Source: Anaeromyxobacteraceae bacterium | GTDB lineage: Bacteria; Myxococcota; Myxococcia; Myxococcales; Anaeromyxobacteraceae | Direction of reading: 5' to 3' | Assembly: GCA_047602405.1 (NCBI GenBank) | Contig: JASGHJ010000002.1 | Coordinates: 896,001 to 960,000, forward strand | DNA length: 64,000 nucleotides | Shown: positions 19,085 to 27,879 of the stretch, piece after piece | Layout: each line of letters begins with the position of its first letter | Numbering within the stretch: the first letter of the stretch is position 1 | Notes under the pieces: model-generated | Told to the model about the DNA's origin: nothing | Database searches by the model: none | Seen by the model: the letters and a program-made list of their open reading frames with translations, nothing else | Position numbers and translations under genes: made by a program

Positions 19085-19738
19085 CTACGGCGTTTCGGCC
19101 CGTATCTCGGGATCAACTTTTCGGGACGGGTCGAGCGGGAGCACGGGCGCGCCCACCAGGACCCGGGCCACCGTCGAGCGCGGCACCTTCAGGGCCACCG
19201 CGATCTTCCGGATGCTCTCCCCGGCGTCGCGGCGCGCGACCACCTCGGACCGCTGCATAAAGGAGAGGCGCGGCGGCCGACCCCATCGCTGACCCTCACC
19301 CTCCATCCGCTCGCGGGCGGCGGCGATGTTGTCGTTGATGGCCTGACGCTGCACGCGCGCGCCCAGCGCGAGGCCGAAGATGATGCACTCCGAGGCGAGG
19401 TCGTCGGTGCCCACCGGCTTGATCACCAGGTTGTCGCCCGGGATGTGCAGCTCGCAGCCCGCCTGCCGGATCTCGTCTACGATCTTGTACGTGTCCGCGA
19501 CGCCGCTCCTCGTGAGCCGGTCGATCTTGAAGACGTAGAGCTTGCGGATCTCCCCGACCCGGATCGCGGCGCGGACCCGGTCCAGCTCGGGCCTGGCGAG
19601 CTTCTTCCCGGACCGCTTCTCGCAGTACCAGGTGACGACCGTGTCGCCCCTGGCGGTGGCCGCGCGCTGGATGGCGTCGCGCTGGGTGGCCAAGTCCTGC
19701 GACTTCGAGCTGACGCGGGTGTAGGCGGCGACGTTCAC
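19085..19738 (-). CDS. Serine recombinase (resolvase/invertase) with C-terminal HTH
   Basis: 'AAYTRVSS..QDLATQ', 'SGK...RPEL', 'KIDRLTRS', 'WGRPP' and 'GESIRKIAVALKVPRSTVAR'. Confidence 0.92.
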   Translation of the reverse strand: MNVAAYTRVSSKSQDLATQRDAIQRAATARGDTVVTWYCEKRSGKKLARPELDRVRAAIRVGEIRKLYVFKIDRLTRSGVADTYKIVDEIRQAGCELHIPGDNLVIKPVGTDDLASECIIFGLALGARVQRQAINDNIAAARERMEGEGQRWGRPPRLSFMQRSEVVARRDAGESIRKIAVALKVPRSTVARVLVGAPVLPLDPSRKVDPEIRAETP

Positions 19739-19989
19739 GGCTTCCTCCTGGTCTTGGCCCAGCGGTCGAGCGTGGCGCGGGCGCCATCGGGATCGCGACG
19801 GGCGGCCTCGCGGACGGCCACCGGCACGCGGACGGTCAACATCACCATGGCCGCGCCCGGCGACCCTCGCAGGGCCGTCAGAGGCCCGCCCCGGGCCCGC
19901 TGGCGGTAGTGCGCCACGCACAGCCCGAGCGCCCGCGCCGGCCTGGTACAGCCGGGGCCGGTGCAGCGTCGTGAGGTCGAGCGGGGCAT
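19735..19989 (-). CDS. Small Zn-finger-like phage-type protein
   Basis: 'CTGPGC...GLCVAHY' motif; TGA overlaps the resolvase GTG. Confidence 0.6.
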   Translation of the reverse strand: MPRSTSRRCTGPGCTRPARALGLCVAHYRQRARGGPLTALRGSPGAAMVMLTVRVPVAVREAARRDPDGARATLDRWAKTRRKP

Positions 19990-20066
19990 CGACGGGGATC
20001 TGTGAACGGATCGCTAGCGTATGTCAACAGCGTGATCGACGCGGTCGAGGTCCCTGCCCCCGGGCG

Positions 20067-20412
20067 GTGACCGTCACCAATGCCGCACGAGACGCGTCAC
20101 CGGTCTCCAGCGACCAGCGTGGCGAGCACGACGTGGAGGGCCTCCGACACCTGGGCTGCCCGTGATCTCGCCCGGTTGCCGGCGACGTTGACGCCCGCCG
20201 CGACGTAGACGGAGCGCCGCGAGACCGTGCGTAGACGGCCGCGACGCGCTCGACCGCGGCTCTGGCGGCGCCGCCGGCTCGTTCCGAGGGCCTCGGCGGC
20301 GTTCGCGGTTCGCGTGACCCGAGTGACGGATCCGGCGCGTTCCGGCAACTCTGCCTGAAAGCTTCTCCAGGAGGAGAATGTCGAGGGTGACGGGATCTGT
20401 CACGTCAGTCAC
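20067..20412. repeat. GTGAC/GTCAC repeat cluster, candidate origin or res site
   Basis: Eight copies at 20067, 20073, 20096, 20314, 20323, 20387, 20399 and 20408 in the divergent intergenic region. Confidence 0.55.
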
Positions 20413-20555
20413 CCTTCCGCCGGGGCTCCGACGACAGGGCAGCGGGGTAGGTTCGGAATCGGCCGGGGCTAGGGTTCGCGGCCCAAACGCGCGCCCCCAG
20501 CGCGCCCGCCCCGTGCCTGTCCACCCTGGGGAAACGTCAGCGCCTGGGGGGCGCC

Positions 20556-21218
20556 GTGCCCAAGCCGCCGGTCGTGTACCGACTCGACATGGTCGAGCGG
20601 GGCTTCCCAACCGCGGACGAGGGCCTCGCAAGGCTCCTGCCGCGGACCTACTTCCCCGAGGCCGCGAAGCTCGCGGGCCTGTTCGGGTTCGACCCGGGGT
20701 TTCCGATCCGTGAACGGCTCGATGAGGCCGCGGGGCTGTACCTCTCGACCCACGCCGCGCGAAGCCCATCCCCCAACGAGCAGCGGAGGCGGCTCGACCT
20801 CGTGGATCGTGCGGCGCGCGCCGTGGCCCGTGGCCACGCCGCTCGTGGAGAGGCGCTCGCCCGCCTACTGGAGGCGGGCGGGATGGCAGGCCTGCCGTTT
20901 CTGGCTCCCGAGATCGAGCTGCGCCGCGCCTCCGGGCTGCCCTTCGCGTTCGGGCGGGCGGAGGCCGAGGCCGTCGTGGCGCAGGTCCGGGCGGCGCGTC
21001 GATGGCTGCCGACTCGGCGCCCGCCCGTCTCGGGCGACAGCGACCTCCGCATCTTCGTGGTGAACATCGCGAAGATCTACCAGGAGGGAACCGGGAAGAA
21101 GCCGGGCCGCGGACGGGAAGGGCCCTTCCCGCGATTCCTCTCGCTCGTCTGCGCGGAGATCGGCATCAAGATCAGCCAGGAAGCCCTCGTGAAGCTGCAC
21201 CGACGCTGGGGAAAATAG
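20556..21218 (+). CDS. Hypothetical protein heading the replication operon
   Basis: 220-aa ORF with C-terminal 'IAKIYQEGTGKKPGRGREGPFPRFL'. Confidence 0.6.
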   Translation: MPKPPVVYRLDMVERGFPTADEGLARLLPRTYFPEAAKLAGLFGFDPGFPIRERLDEAAGLYLSTHAARSPSPNEQRRRLDLVDRAARAVARGHAARGEALARLLEAGGMAGLPFLAPEIELRRASGLPFAFGRAEAEAVVAQVRAARRWLPTRRPPVSGDSDLRIFVVNIAKIYQEGTGKKPGRGREGPFPRFLSLVCAEIGIKISQEALVKLHRRWGK

Positions 21219-21270
21219 ACCCGAGGGTTGGTCCCAGACCGGCAGTGTTGCGTGCGCTACCAGGTAGCGC

Positions 21271-21468
21271 ATGAACCGTCTGACACGTCGTAGCAAGCTT
21301 CGCGATGCACGGCTGGCTCAAGGCCTGAGCCTGGAACGTGCCGCGGTGGCCGCCGGGATTTCCGTGTGCTGGTTGCGGCAGTTGGAGCGCGACCCCTCCC
21401 TCCTGAGCGTGCGGGTGGCGTCGCGGCTGTTGCCGGTGCTCGGCATCGCCCCCGAGGTGACGCCGTGA
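21271..21468 (+). CDS. XRE/Cro-like HTH regulator
   Basis: 'LRDARLAQGLSLERAAVAAGISVCWLRQLER'. Confidence 0.8.
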   Translation: MNRLTRRSKLRDARLAQGLSLERAAVAAGISVCWLRQLERDPSLLSVRVASRLLPVLGIAPEVTP

Positions 21469-21629
21469 CCGAGAACCCGACCGCCCAGGACGAGGGCGAG
21501 GCGCTGCGGCGGCTCCGCGAGGTGATCGAGCGGGTCCGTCGAGGACCTGCTGCGCCGATGCCGGTTCCCGGTCCGAGCGCCGAGCCCCCACGCCGCCACT
21601 GGACCGATCGCGACGAGGTCGAACCGTGA
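21465..21629 (+). CDS. Small hypothetical protein
   Basis: GAGGTG RBS and GTGA overlaps at both ends. Confidence 0.5.
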   Translation: MTENPTAQDEGEALRRLREVIERVRRGPAAPMPVPGPSAEPPRRHWTDRDEVEP

Positions 21630-23087
21630 CCCACGATCAAAGCCCTGGGCCCGGGTTTCGGGCCGAGAGCGAGAGCCCGGAGTTCGAGGCCGAGGCAGCG
21701 GTCGAATACCGAGTCGCGGGTACCGACGAGATCGACAGGCCCCGTTCCGACGCTGGCAACGCAGAGCGTCTGGTCCGGTTGCACGGGCACGAGATCCGGT
21801 ACGTCCACAGGTGGAATCGCTGGCTGCTGTGGGACGGGGCCCGTTGGGCCCTAGACGAGCGCGGAGACGTGGTGCGGCTCGCGATGAGCAGCGCGCGCGA
21901 CCTCATGCTCATCGCGGGGACGATGCGTCCCGGGGCGGACAAGAACGCACTTGTGGCGCACGCGCTGCGAGCCGAGTCACGCTCGGGAATCGACAACGCG
22001 CTCGCCATCGCGCGCAACCTCTCCCAGGTGGCGCTCACCCCCAGTGACCTCGACCGGAACCCGGATCTCCTCAACGTGGCGAACGGGACCCTGGATCTGC
22101 GCAGCGGGAAGCTCAGGCCCCACGACCGCGGAGATAACCTGACCAAGGTCTGCGCAGCGCCCTACGTCCCCGGGGCGTCGTGCCCGACCTGGGACGCCTT
22201 CCTGGCCCGCGTACTGCCCGACACCGAGGTGCGGGCATACCTCAAGCGCGCGGTGGGCTACAGCCTGACGGGCCGCGTGGAGGAGCACGTCCTCCACTTT
22301 CTTCACGGTCGCGGTGCGAACGGAAAGACGACCTTCCTTGAGATCATCAGGTTCCTGTTGGGCGAGGGGGAGTACGCGAAGACGGCGGGCCCCAGCCTGC
22401 TCCTCGCAGCGAGACAAGAGCGGCATGCCGTCGAGATCGCGGACCTCCAGGGTGCCCGCGTCGTGACGACCGTCGAGATGGGCGAGGGGCAGCACTGGGA
22501 CGAGCCGAAGGTGAAGTGGCTAACGGGCGGCGACACCCTCAAGGCGCGGTTCATGCACGAGAACCCGTTCGCCTTCGTGCCCACCCACAAGATTCTGGAT
22601 CGCCGGGAACCACAAGCCGAGGGTGAGCGGCACCGACAACGGCTTCTGGCGGCGGGTCCACATGATCCTGTTCCCGGTAGAGATCCCGGAGGCCGAGAGG
22701 GATCACGAGCTGTTGGCGAAGCTCCGGAACGAGATGACGGGAATCCTGCGATGGGCCGTCGAGGGCTGCCAAGAGTGGCGGCAGATCGGCCTCGCCCCGC
22801 CCCCCGCCGTGCTCGCCGCGGTGAAGGAGTACAGGAGCGACGAGGACGTGGTCGGCGCCTTCCTGGACGAGTGCTGCACCCTCGCACCCGGCGGGCGAGT
22901 CGATTCGAAGGGCCTTAGCGATGAGTTCCGGAGGTGGGCCGATGCGAACGGAGAGAGGCGGCTTTCCACGAAGGCCCTCGGTGGGAACCTGGAAGACCGG
23001 GGCTACCAGAGGAAGGCGTCGGGAGGCCGCCGCTGGATCCTCGGGCTGGAACTGCGCCAGGTGCAGGACGGAGAGGAGGCGGGGTGA
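21626..23087 (+). CDS. P4/D5-family SF3 helicase (primase C-terminal part); +1 frameshift at ~22593
   Basis: D5_N 'DAGNAERL..LHG...WLLWDGARW', Walker A 'GRGANGKTT', 'KWLTGGDTLKARFM'. After the shift 'IWIAGNHKP...DNGFWRR'. Confidence 0.88.
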
Positions 23088-23296
23088 CGAATGAACCGAT
23101 GTGGACCGCGGCGGACGTGGCGTCCTTCCTGCGGGTCTCCCGGAGCTGGGTGTACCTGCACGCCGAGGCCGGCGACCTGCCGTCCGTGAAGATCGGCGGC
23201 CTCCGGCGATTCTTGCCCGATCAGATCCGGGCGTACGCAGGCGGCGAGGCCGCGCCCAGGACGACGATCGTGGCGATCTCACCCCGGGGCCGTTGA
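23084..23296 (+). CDS. Excisionase/AlpA-like HTH_17 protein
   Basis: GAGGAGG RBS; 'WTAADVASFLRVSRSWVY..AEAGDLPSVKIGGLRRF'. Confidence 0.85.
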   Translation: MTNEPMWTAADVASFLRVSRSWVYLHAEAGDLPSVKIGGLRRFLPDQIRAYAGGEAAPRTTIVAISPRGR

Positions 23297-23321
23297 TCCC
23301 CTTCGCATATGGGCGGACAAT
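23293..23321 (+). promoter_or_regulatory. Sigma70-like promoter for the RHH-integrase transcript
   Basis: TTGATC-17 nt-GACAAT, 7 nt before ATG 23329 (leaderless geometry). Confidence 0.5.
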
Positions 23322-23328
23322 GGCAGAC

Positions 23329-23514
23329 ATGAGCAAAGATGCCCGGCTTACCTTTCGGATGTCCCAGCAGGTGCGCGACGCGCTGGAGCGCGCCGCCCAG
23401 GCGGAGCGCCGCAAGACCTCCGACCTCGCGACGATGATCCTGGAGGACTGGTTGGAGTCAAAGGGGCACCTCTCGAAGCTCGGCGCGCCCGCGAAGAAGA
23501 AGGGCAGGGGATAG
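23329..23514 (+). CDS. Ribbon-helix-helix (Arc/CopG-like) DNA-binding protein
   Basis: 'ARLTFRMSQQVRDALERAAQAERRKTSDLATMILEDWL'. Confidence 0.75.
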   Translation: MSKDARLTFRMSQQVRDALERAAQAERRKTSDLATMILEDWLESKGHLSKLGAPAKKKGRG

Positions 23515-23517
23515 GCC

Positions 23518-25011
23518 ATGGCGAGCGTATTCCGTCGCGTGCGGTGGGTCGCCCTGGGCGGCGAGCGGGTATCGGAGCAGCGGGCCGTGCAGCTCCAGGC
23601 CGAAGGCGTCGCGGTCGAGCGGCGGGAGGGGAAGGTCTGGTACCTCCGATACCGGGCCGAGGGCGGCCGGATGGTCGATCAGCCGTCGCGGGCGAGGACC
23701 AAGCGCGAGGCGGAGAAGCTCGCAGTGGACCTGGAGCGCCGAGCCGAGCGTGTCCGGCTCGGGCTGGAGGTCGGGCTGCCCGAGGACGGCGGCGGCCCGC
23801 TGGCTGAGCTGCTCACCTGGTGGCTCAAGACGCACTCGGCCAGGTCGCCGTCGCACGCCAGGAACGAGAGCGCGATCCGCGCACACCTCCTGAGCAGCGG
23901 CCTCGCCGCCCTGCCGCTCTCGGCGGTGACCTCCGACCGGATCGAGCTGTTCCTCCAGGCGAAGGACGCCGAGCTGGGGCCGCAGAGCGTGAACCACCTG
24001 CGGGGCTACCTCTCGCGCGCGTTCAACGCCGCGAGGAAGGTCAAGCGGTGGGCGGGAAGCAACCCGGTCGTCGCCGTGGAGAAGCGGAAGGTCCCGAAGC
24101 GCATCCCAGACTACCTCCGGGCCAGCGAGGTGCCCGCCGTCATGGCCGCGCTCGCGCCGAAGTTCCGGCCGTTGTTCGCCGCCGCGCTCTACACCGGGAT
24201 GAGGAAGGGCGAGCTGCTGGGGCTGCGGAAGGCGTCCGTGGACTTCGAGGCCGGGGTGATCACGGTGGAGAGGTCCTACGACCGGGACACCACGAAGGGC
24301 GGTCACGCCGACGCCATCCCCATCGCGGCCGAGCTGGAGCCCTTCCTGCGGGCGGCGGTGGAGGCGTCGGGCTCGGGCCTCGTCTTCCCGGGCAGGGGCG
24401 GGGAGATGCTCCCGGAGGCGACGAAGCTGGAGGGCGTCCTGCGGCGCGCGCTCGGCCGCGCCGACATCGTGGAGGGCTACCGCCACGTCTGCCGCGCCCG
24501 GGTGGACGGTCGCGGGAAGCGGGCAAGGTCCGCCCCCCGCTGCGAGCACGTCGAGGTCGCGACGGACCGCGCGCTCCGGCGCTGCCCTCTCCACGGCGAC
24601 GCGCTGTGGCCGGTCGCCCAGGTGCGCAAGCTCCGCTTCCACGATCTGCGGCACACGACGGCGACGCTGCTCCTCAAGGCCGGCGTCCCGCTGGCGACGG
24701 TGCAGAAGATCCTGCGCCACACGGACCCGAAGATCACCGCGAAGGTCTACGGGCACCTCGACCAGGACGACATGCGGGCCGGGCTCGACAAGCTCGCCTT
24801 TGACCTTCCGACCGTCGCGCCGCCCGAGGCCGTCGCGGCCGGCGCGGTCGTGCTGGACTCCGTGCTGGACCGGGCAGGATCGGAAAAGAGGAAGGCCGGG
24901 AGCCCGCCCGCACATCGCGAGGGAACTCCCGGCCTTCCGGTTGCGCGCGGTAAGGGATTCGAACCCCTGGCCTTCGGCTCCGGAGGCCGACGCTCTATCC
25001 AGCTGAGCTAA
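23518..25011 (+). CDS. int: Tyrosine integrase whose 3' end runs through the att site, antisense to tRNA-Arg
   Basis: 'TGMRKGEL' (R), 'TTKG' (K), 'FHDLRHT' (HxxR), 'ILRH' and 'VYGH' (Y); Cys/His insert before box II. Confidence 0.95.
   Translation: MASVFRRVRWVALGGERVSEQRAVQLQAEGVAVERREGKVWYLRYRAEGGRMVDQPSRARTKREAEKLAVDLERRAERVRLGLEVGLPEDGGGPLAELLTWWLKTHSARSPSHARNESAIRAHLLSSGLAALPLSAVTSDRIELFLQAKDAELGPQSVNHLRGYLSRAFNAARKVKRWAGSNPVVAVEKRKVPKRIPDYLRASEVPAVMAALAPKFRPLFAAALYTGMRKGELLGLRKASVDFEAGVITVERSYDRDTTKGGHADAIPIAAELEPFLRAAVEASGSGLVFPGRGGEMLPEATKLEGVLRRALGRADIVEGYRHVCRARVDGRGKRARSAPRCEHVEVATDRALRRCPLHGDALWPVAQVRKLRFHDLRHTTATLLLKAGVPLATVQKILRHTDPKITAKVYGHLDQDDMRAGLDKLAFDLPTVAPPEAVAAGAVVLDSVLDRAGSEKRKAGSPPAHREGTPGLPVARGKGFEPLAFGSGGRRSIQLS
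24851..24872 (+). promoter_or_regulatory. Putative integrase arm-type binding site
   Basis: TGCTGGACTCCGTGCTGGACCG, near-identical to 13126-13147. Confidence 0.7.
24883..24938 (-). terminator. Terminator downstream of tRNA-Arg
   Basis: 13-bp stem GGAAGGCCGGGAG/CTCCCGGCCTTCC followed by TCTTTTC on the minus strand; also present in the left att copy. Confidence 0.75.
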
Positions 25012-25017
25012 CCGCGC
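24944..25017 (-). tRNA. tRNA-Arg (anticodon CCG), CCA not encoded
   Basis: GCGCGGT/ACCGCGC acceptor stem, TAGCTCAGCTGGATAGAGC D arm, CT-CCG-GA anticodon loop, GGTTCGAATCC T arm. Confidence 0.96.
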
Positions 25018-25234
25018 AACAGGTCGCCGTATCTAGTGCACACCCTCCCAGAAGGCAAGGATCGTCGGCGCGCGTCGTGGGGCGCGGCGCCCCGTGCGCG
25101 GGACGCCTCCCGCGCGTCCGGGGGAGTCCCTTTCCCGGGGGACGCGTAACCTTGACCCCCGGGGTATCTCGCTGATACTCCTGAGGTCCCTGCGGAAACC
25201 CGGCCGAGTGTGGGACCGGAGGACACTGCTGCCC

Positions 25235-25882
25235 ATGGCCATTCGAGCGATCGCGGTCGAGGACGACGAGGCGGTGGCGAAGCTCATCGCCCAGGTCCTC
25301 ACCACCCACGGCTTCGAGGTGTGCGGTACGGCCGGCACGGGAGAGGACGGCGTGGCGCTCGCCCGGCGCGAGAAGCCCGACGTCGCGCTCATCGACCTCG
25401 GCCTGCCGAAGATGAGCGGCGAGGACGTCATCGCCGCCATCCGGGCGGAGCTGCCCAAGACGGCGTGCATCGCCCTCACCGCGGTGGACATCCCCGCGCG
25501 CGTGCTCGGCGCCATGCGGGCGGGCGCGTCCGGCTACATCCTGAAGCCCTTCCACGCGAGCGAGCTCGCGCGGGCCGTCGAGGACGTCCTCTCGGGCGAG
25601 GCCGCGCCGATCAGCCCGCGGGCGGCGAAGGTGCTGCTCTCCGAGCTCCGGGGCGACCCCCCGGAGCAGCGCGCCAAGGACGGCCCGGCGCTCTCGAAGC
25701 GCGAGCTCGAGGTGCTCCAGCTCCTCGTGCACGGCCACACGTACGCGGACGTCGCCCAGGCGCTCGGGATCGCCGAGGGTACGGTCCAGACCTACGTGAA
25801 GCGCATCTACGAGAAGATGGACGTCTCCACGAAGGCGGAGGCGGCTCTCCTCGCGGTGGCGCGCGGCCTGGTCAGGCCCTAG
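25235..25882 (+). CDS. NarL/LuxR-family response regulator
   Basis: REC domain ('VEDD', 'IDLGLPKMSG', 'YILK') plus LuxR HTH 'LSKRELEVL...TVQTYVKRIYEK'. Confidence 0.92.
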   Translation: MAIRAIAVEDDEAVAKLIAQVLTTHGFEVCGTAGTGEDGVALARREKPDVALIDLGLPKMSGEDVIAAIRAELPKTACIALTAVDIPARVLGAMRAGASGYILKPFHASELARAVEDVLSGEAAPISPRAAKVLLSELRGDPPEQRAKDGPALSKRELEVLQLLVHGHTYADVAQALGIAEGTVQTYVKRIYEKMDVSTKAEAALLAVARGLVRP

Positions 25883-25939
25883 GGAAGACCCTGAGTCAGG
25901 CCCCGTCCGGGATGCGGCCCGGGCGTGGCGGGGCGCGCC

Positions 25940-25967
25940 TTGACGGATCGGCGTGCTCCCCCTATAT
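25940..25967 (+). promoter_or_regulatory. Sigma70-like promoter of the yceD-rpmF-fab operon
   Basis: TTGACG-16 nt-TATATT. Confidence 0.55.
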
Positions 25968-26001
25968 TGGCCCCCTTTCGGGTTCGGGAAATCGTATCTA
26001 A

Positions 26002-26565
26002 ATGCGCGTCAACATTGACGAAATCAAGGACGCCGGGCTCAAGAAGAGCTGGGACGTTCCCCGGGAGGCGGTCGACGAGATCGTCCAGGGCGATCGTGCG
26101 GGCTACCGCGCGAGCGCCCCGGTCCACGTCGACGCGACGCTCGAGAAGGTCGAGCGCCGGGTCCGCCTCGACGCGCACGCCGACGTCTCGGTCGAGGTCC
26201 CCTGCGGCCGCTGCCTCAACCCGGTGAGCGTCCGGCTCCCGGTCGACATCGCGCTCACGCTCGTCCCGACGGACGAGTACGCCGACGACGACGAGGACGG
26301 CCGCCGCAGCGACGAGAAGGCGCCCGTCGCCGGCTCCTTCGATCCGACCGCCGCCGACGAGGAGACGTACGAGGGCAAGGTCATCGACCTCGACCCGATC
26401 CTGCGCGAGGAGATCCTGCTCGCGCTGCCGAGCTATCCGGTGTGCCGCGAGGGCTGCAAGGGCCTCTGCAGCGTCTGCGGCCAGAACCTCAACGAGAAGG
26501 ACTGCGGCTGCGACCGGCACGTCCCTGACCCGCGATGGGCGGGCCTCAAGGGCAAGCTGCAGTAG
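26002..26565 (+). CDS. yceD: DUF177/YceD protein
   Basis: 'CGRCL', 'CREGCKGLCSVCGQNLN' and 'DPRWAGL'; located upstream of rpmF. Confidence 0.92.
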   Translation: MRVNIDEIKDAGLKKSWDVPREAVDEIVQGDRAGYRASAPVHVDATLEKVERRVRLDAHADVSVEVPCGRCLNPVSVRLPVDIALTLVPTDEYADDDEDGRRSDEKAPVAGSFDPTAADEETYEGKVIDLDPILREEILLALPSYPVCREGCKGLCSVCGQNLNEKDCGCDRHVPDPRWAGLKGKLQ

Positions 26566-26617
26566 TCGCCGCCCGCTTCAGTCACTGCAACACAGTTAGC
26601 GAGAGAAGGAGCACGCG

Positions 26618-26797
26618 ATGGGTGTCCCGAAGAAGCGTACGAGCAGCATGCGCCGCGACCGCCGCCGGGCCGCGAACTTCAAGCTGAAGCCGCTGAACGT
26701 CACGAAGTGCCCGAAGTGCAAGGAGCCGGTGATGTCGCACCGGGCCTGCCCGACCTGCGGAACGTACAAGGGCGAGCAGATCACCGAGGCAACCTAG
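26618..26797 (+). CDS. rpmF: 50S ribosomal protein L32 (Zn-binding form)
   Basis: MGVPKKRTSSMRRDRRRA...CPKC...HRACPTCGTYKG. Confidence 0.96.
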   Translation: MGVPKKRTSSMRRDRRRAANFKLKPLNVTKCPKCKEPVMSHRACPTCGTYKGEQITEAT

Positions 26798-26800
26798 TTC

Positions 26801-27858
26801 GTGCAGACGATCGCGCCTGTCGCCGTCGACGCGATGGGGGAGACAACGCCCCCGGCGCCATCGTCCACGGAGCGGTTAACGCAGCGCGCAAGGGGCTGGC
26901 CGTCATCCTGGTCGGCCCCGAGGCACGGGTGCGCGCGGAGCTCGAGCGGCTCCGCGCCCCGAAGAGCCTGCCGATCTCGGTCGTGAACGCGACCGAGGTG
27001 ATCGACATGCACGATCACCCCGGCCAGGCGATGCGGCGGAAGAAGCACAACTCCATCCGCGTCTGCTTCGAGCTCGTGAAGTCGGGCGATGCGGCCGCGA
27101 TGGTGTCGGCGGGCAACTCCGGCGCCGTCATGGCGGGGGCGATCTTCGTCCTCGGCCGCCCCGACGGCGTGGAGCGCCCCGCGATCCTCACCGCGGTCCC
27201 GGCGCTGCGCGGCCACCCCATCGTGCTCGACGTGGGCGCGGTGGTGGACTGCCGCGCCATCCACCTCGTGCAGTTCGCGCTGATGGGCGAGGTCTACTCG
27301 CGCCGGGTCATGGGCATCGCCCGGCCGAGGGTCGCGATCCTCGCGAACGGCGAGGAGCCGTCGAAGGGCACCGACCTCACCCGCGCCGCCGCCGCCGCGC
27401 TGCGGGGGTCCTCGATCGACTTCGTCGGCTACTGCGAGGGGCGCGATCTCCTCACCGGCGAGTTCGACGTCATCGCGACCGACGGGTTCACCGGCAACGT
27501 GGCCCTGAAGACGATGGAGGGGACCGCCAAGGCCGTCGGCGAGTACCTGAAGCGGGCCTTCAAGAGCACCCCGGCCGCCATGGCGGGCGGGCTGCTCTCC
27601 AAGGCCGCCCTCGGCGAGATGAAGCGCCGGATGGACTGGCGCGAGCACGGCGCCGCCCCGCTCGTCGGCGTGAACGGGGTCGCGCTCATCACCCACGGAA
27701 GCTCCGACGCGCTCGCCATCGAGAACGCGGTCAGGAAGGCGCTCGAGGTCGCGCGCTCGCACTTCCCCGACGATCTCGCCGAGGCGGTCGCCCCGTCCGA
27801 GGCCCTGCTCGAGGCGGCCGCCGAGCCGTCCCGCCCCGCCGGCACGCCGGCGCCTTAA
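26801..27858 (+). CDS. plsX: Phosphate acyltransferase PlsX; -1 frameshift in G-run 26836-26840
   Basis: 'VAVDAMG|GDNAP', 'VSAGNSGA', 'DGFTGNVALK' and 'HGSS'. Confidence 0.92.
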
Positions 27859-27879
27859 CGCCTGAGGAGAAAAGGAACC

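Larger units (their letters stand above)
12905..24987. mobile_element. ~12 kb integrative, phage-satellite-like element in tRNA-Arg(CCG)
   Basis: Flanking 105-bp direct repeats, tyrosine integrase, Xis-like HTH, P4/D5 helicase, serine resolvase and small phage-like ORFs; no recognisable capsid, portal or tail genes. Confidence 0.9.

Noticed and set aside
26801..27858. plsX and other frameshifted genes as pseudogenes or programmed frameshifts
   Set aside because: Single indels in otherwise intact conserved genes with no slippery-site pattern; sequencing error is more likely.
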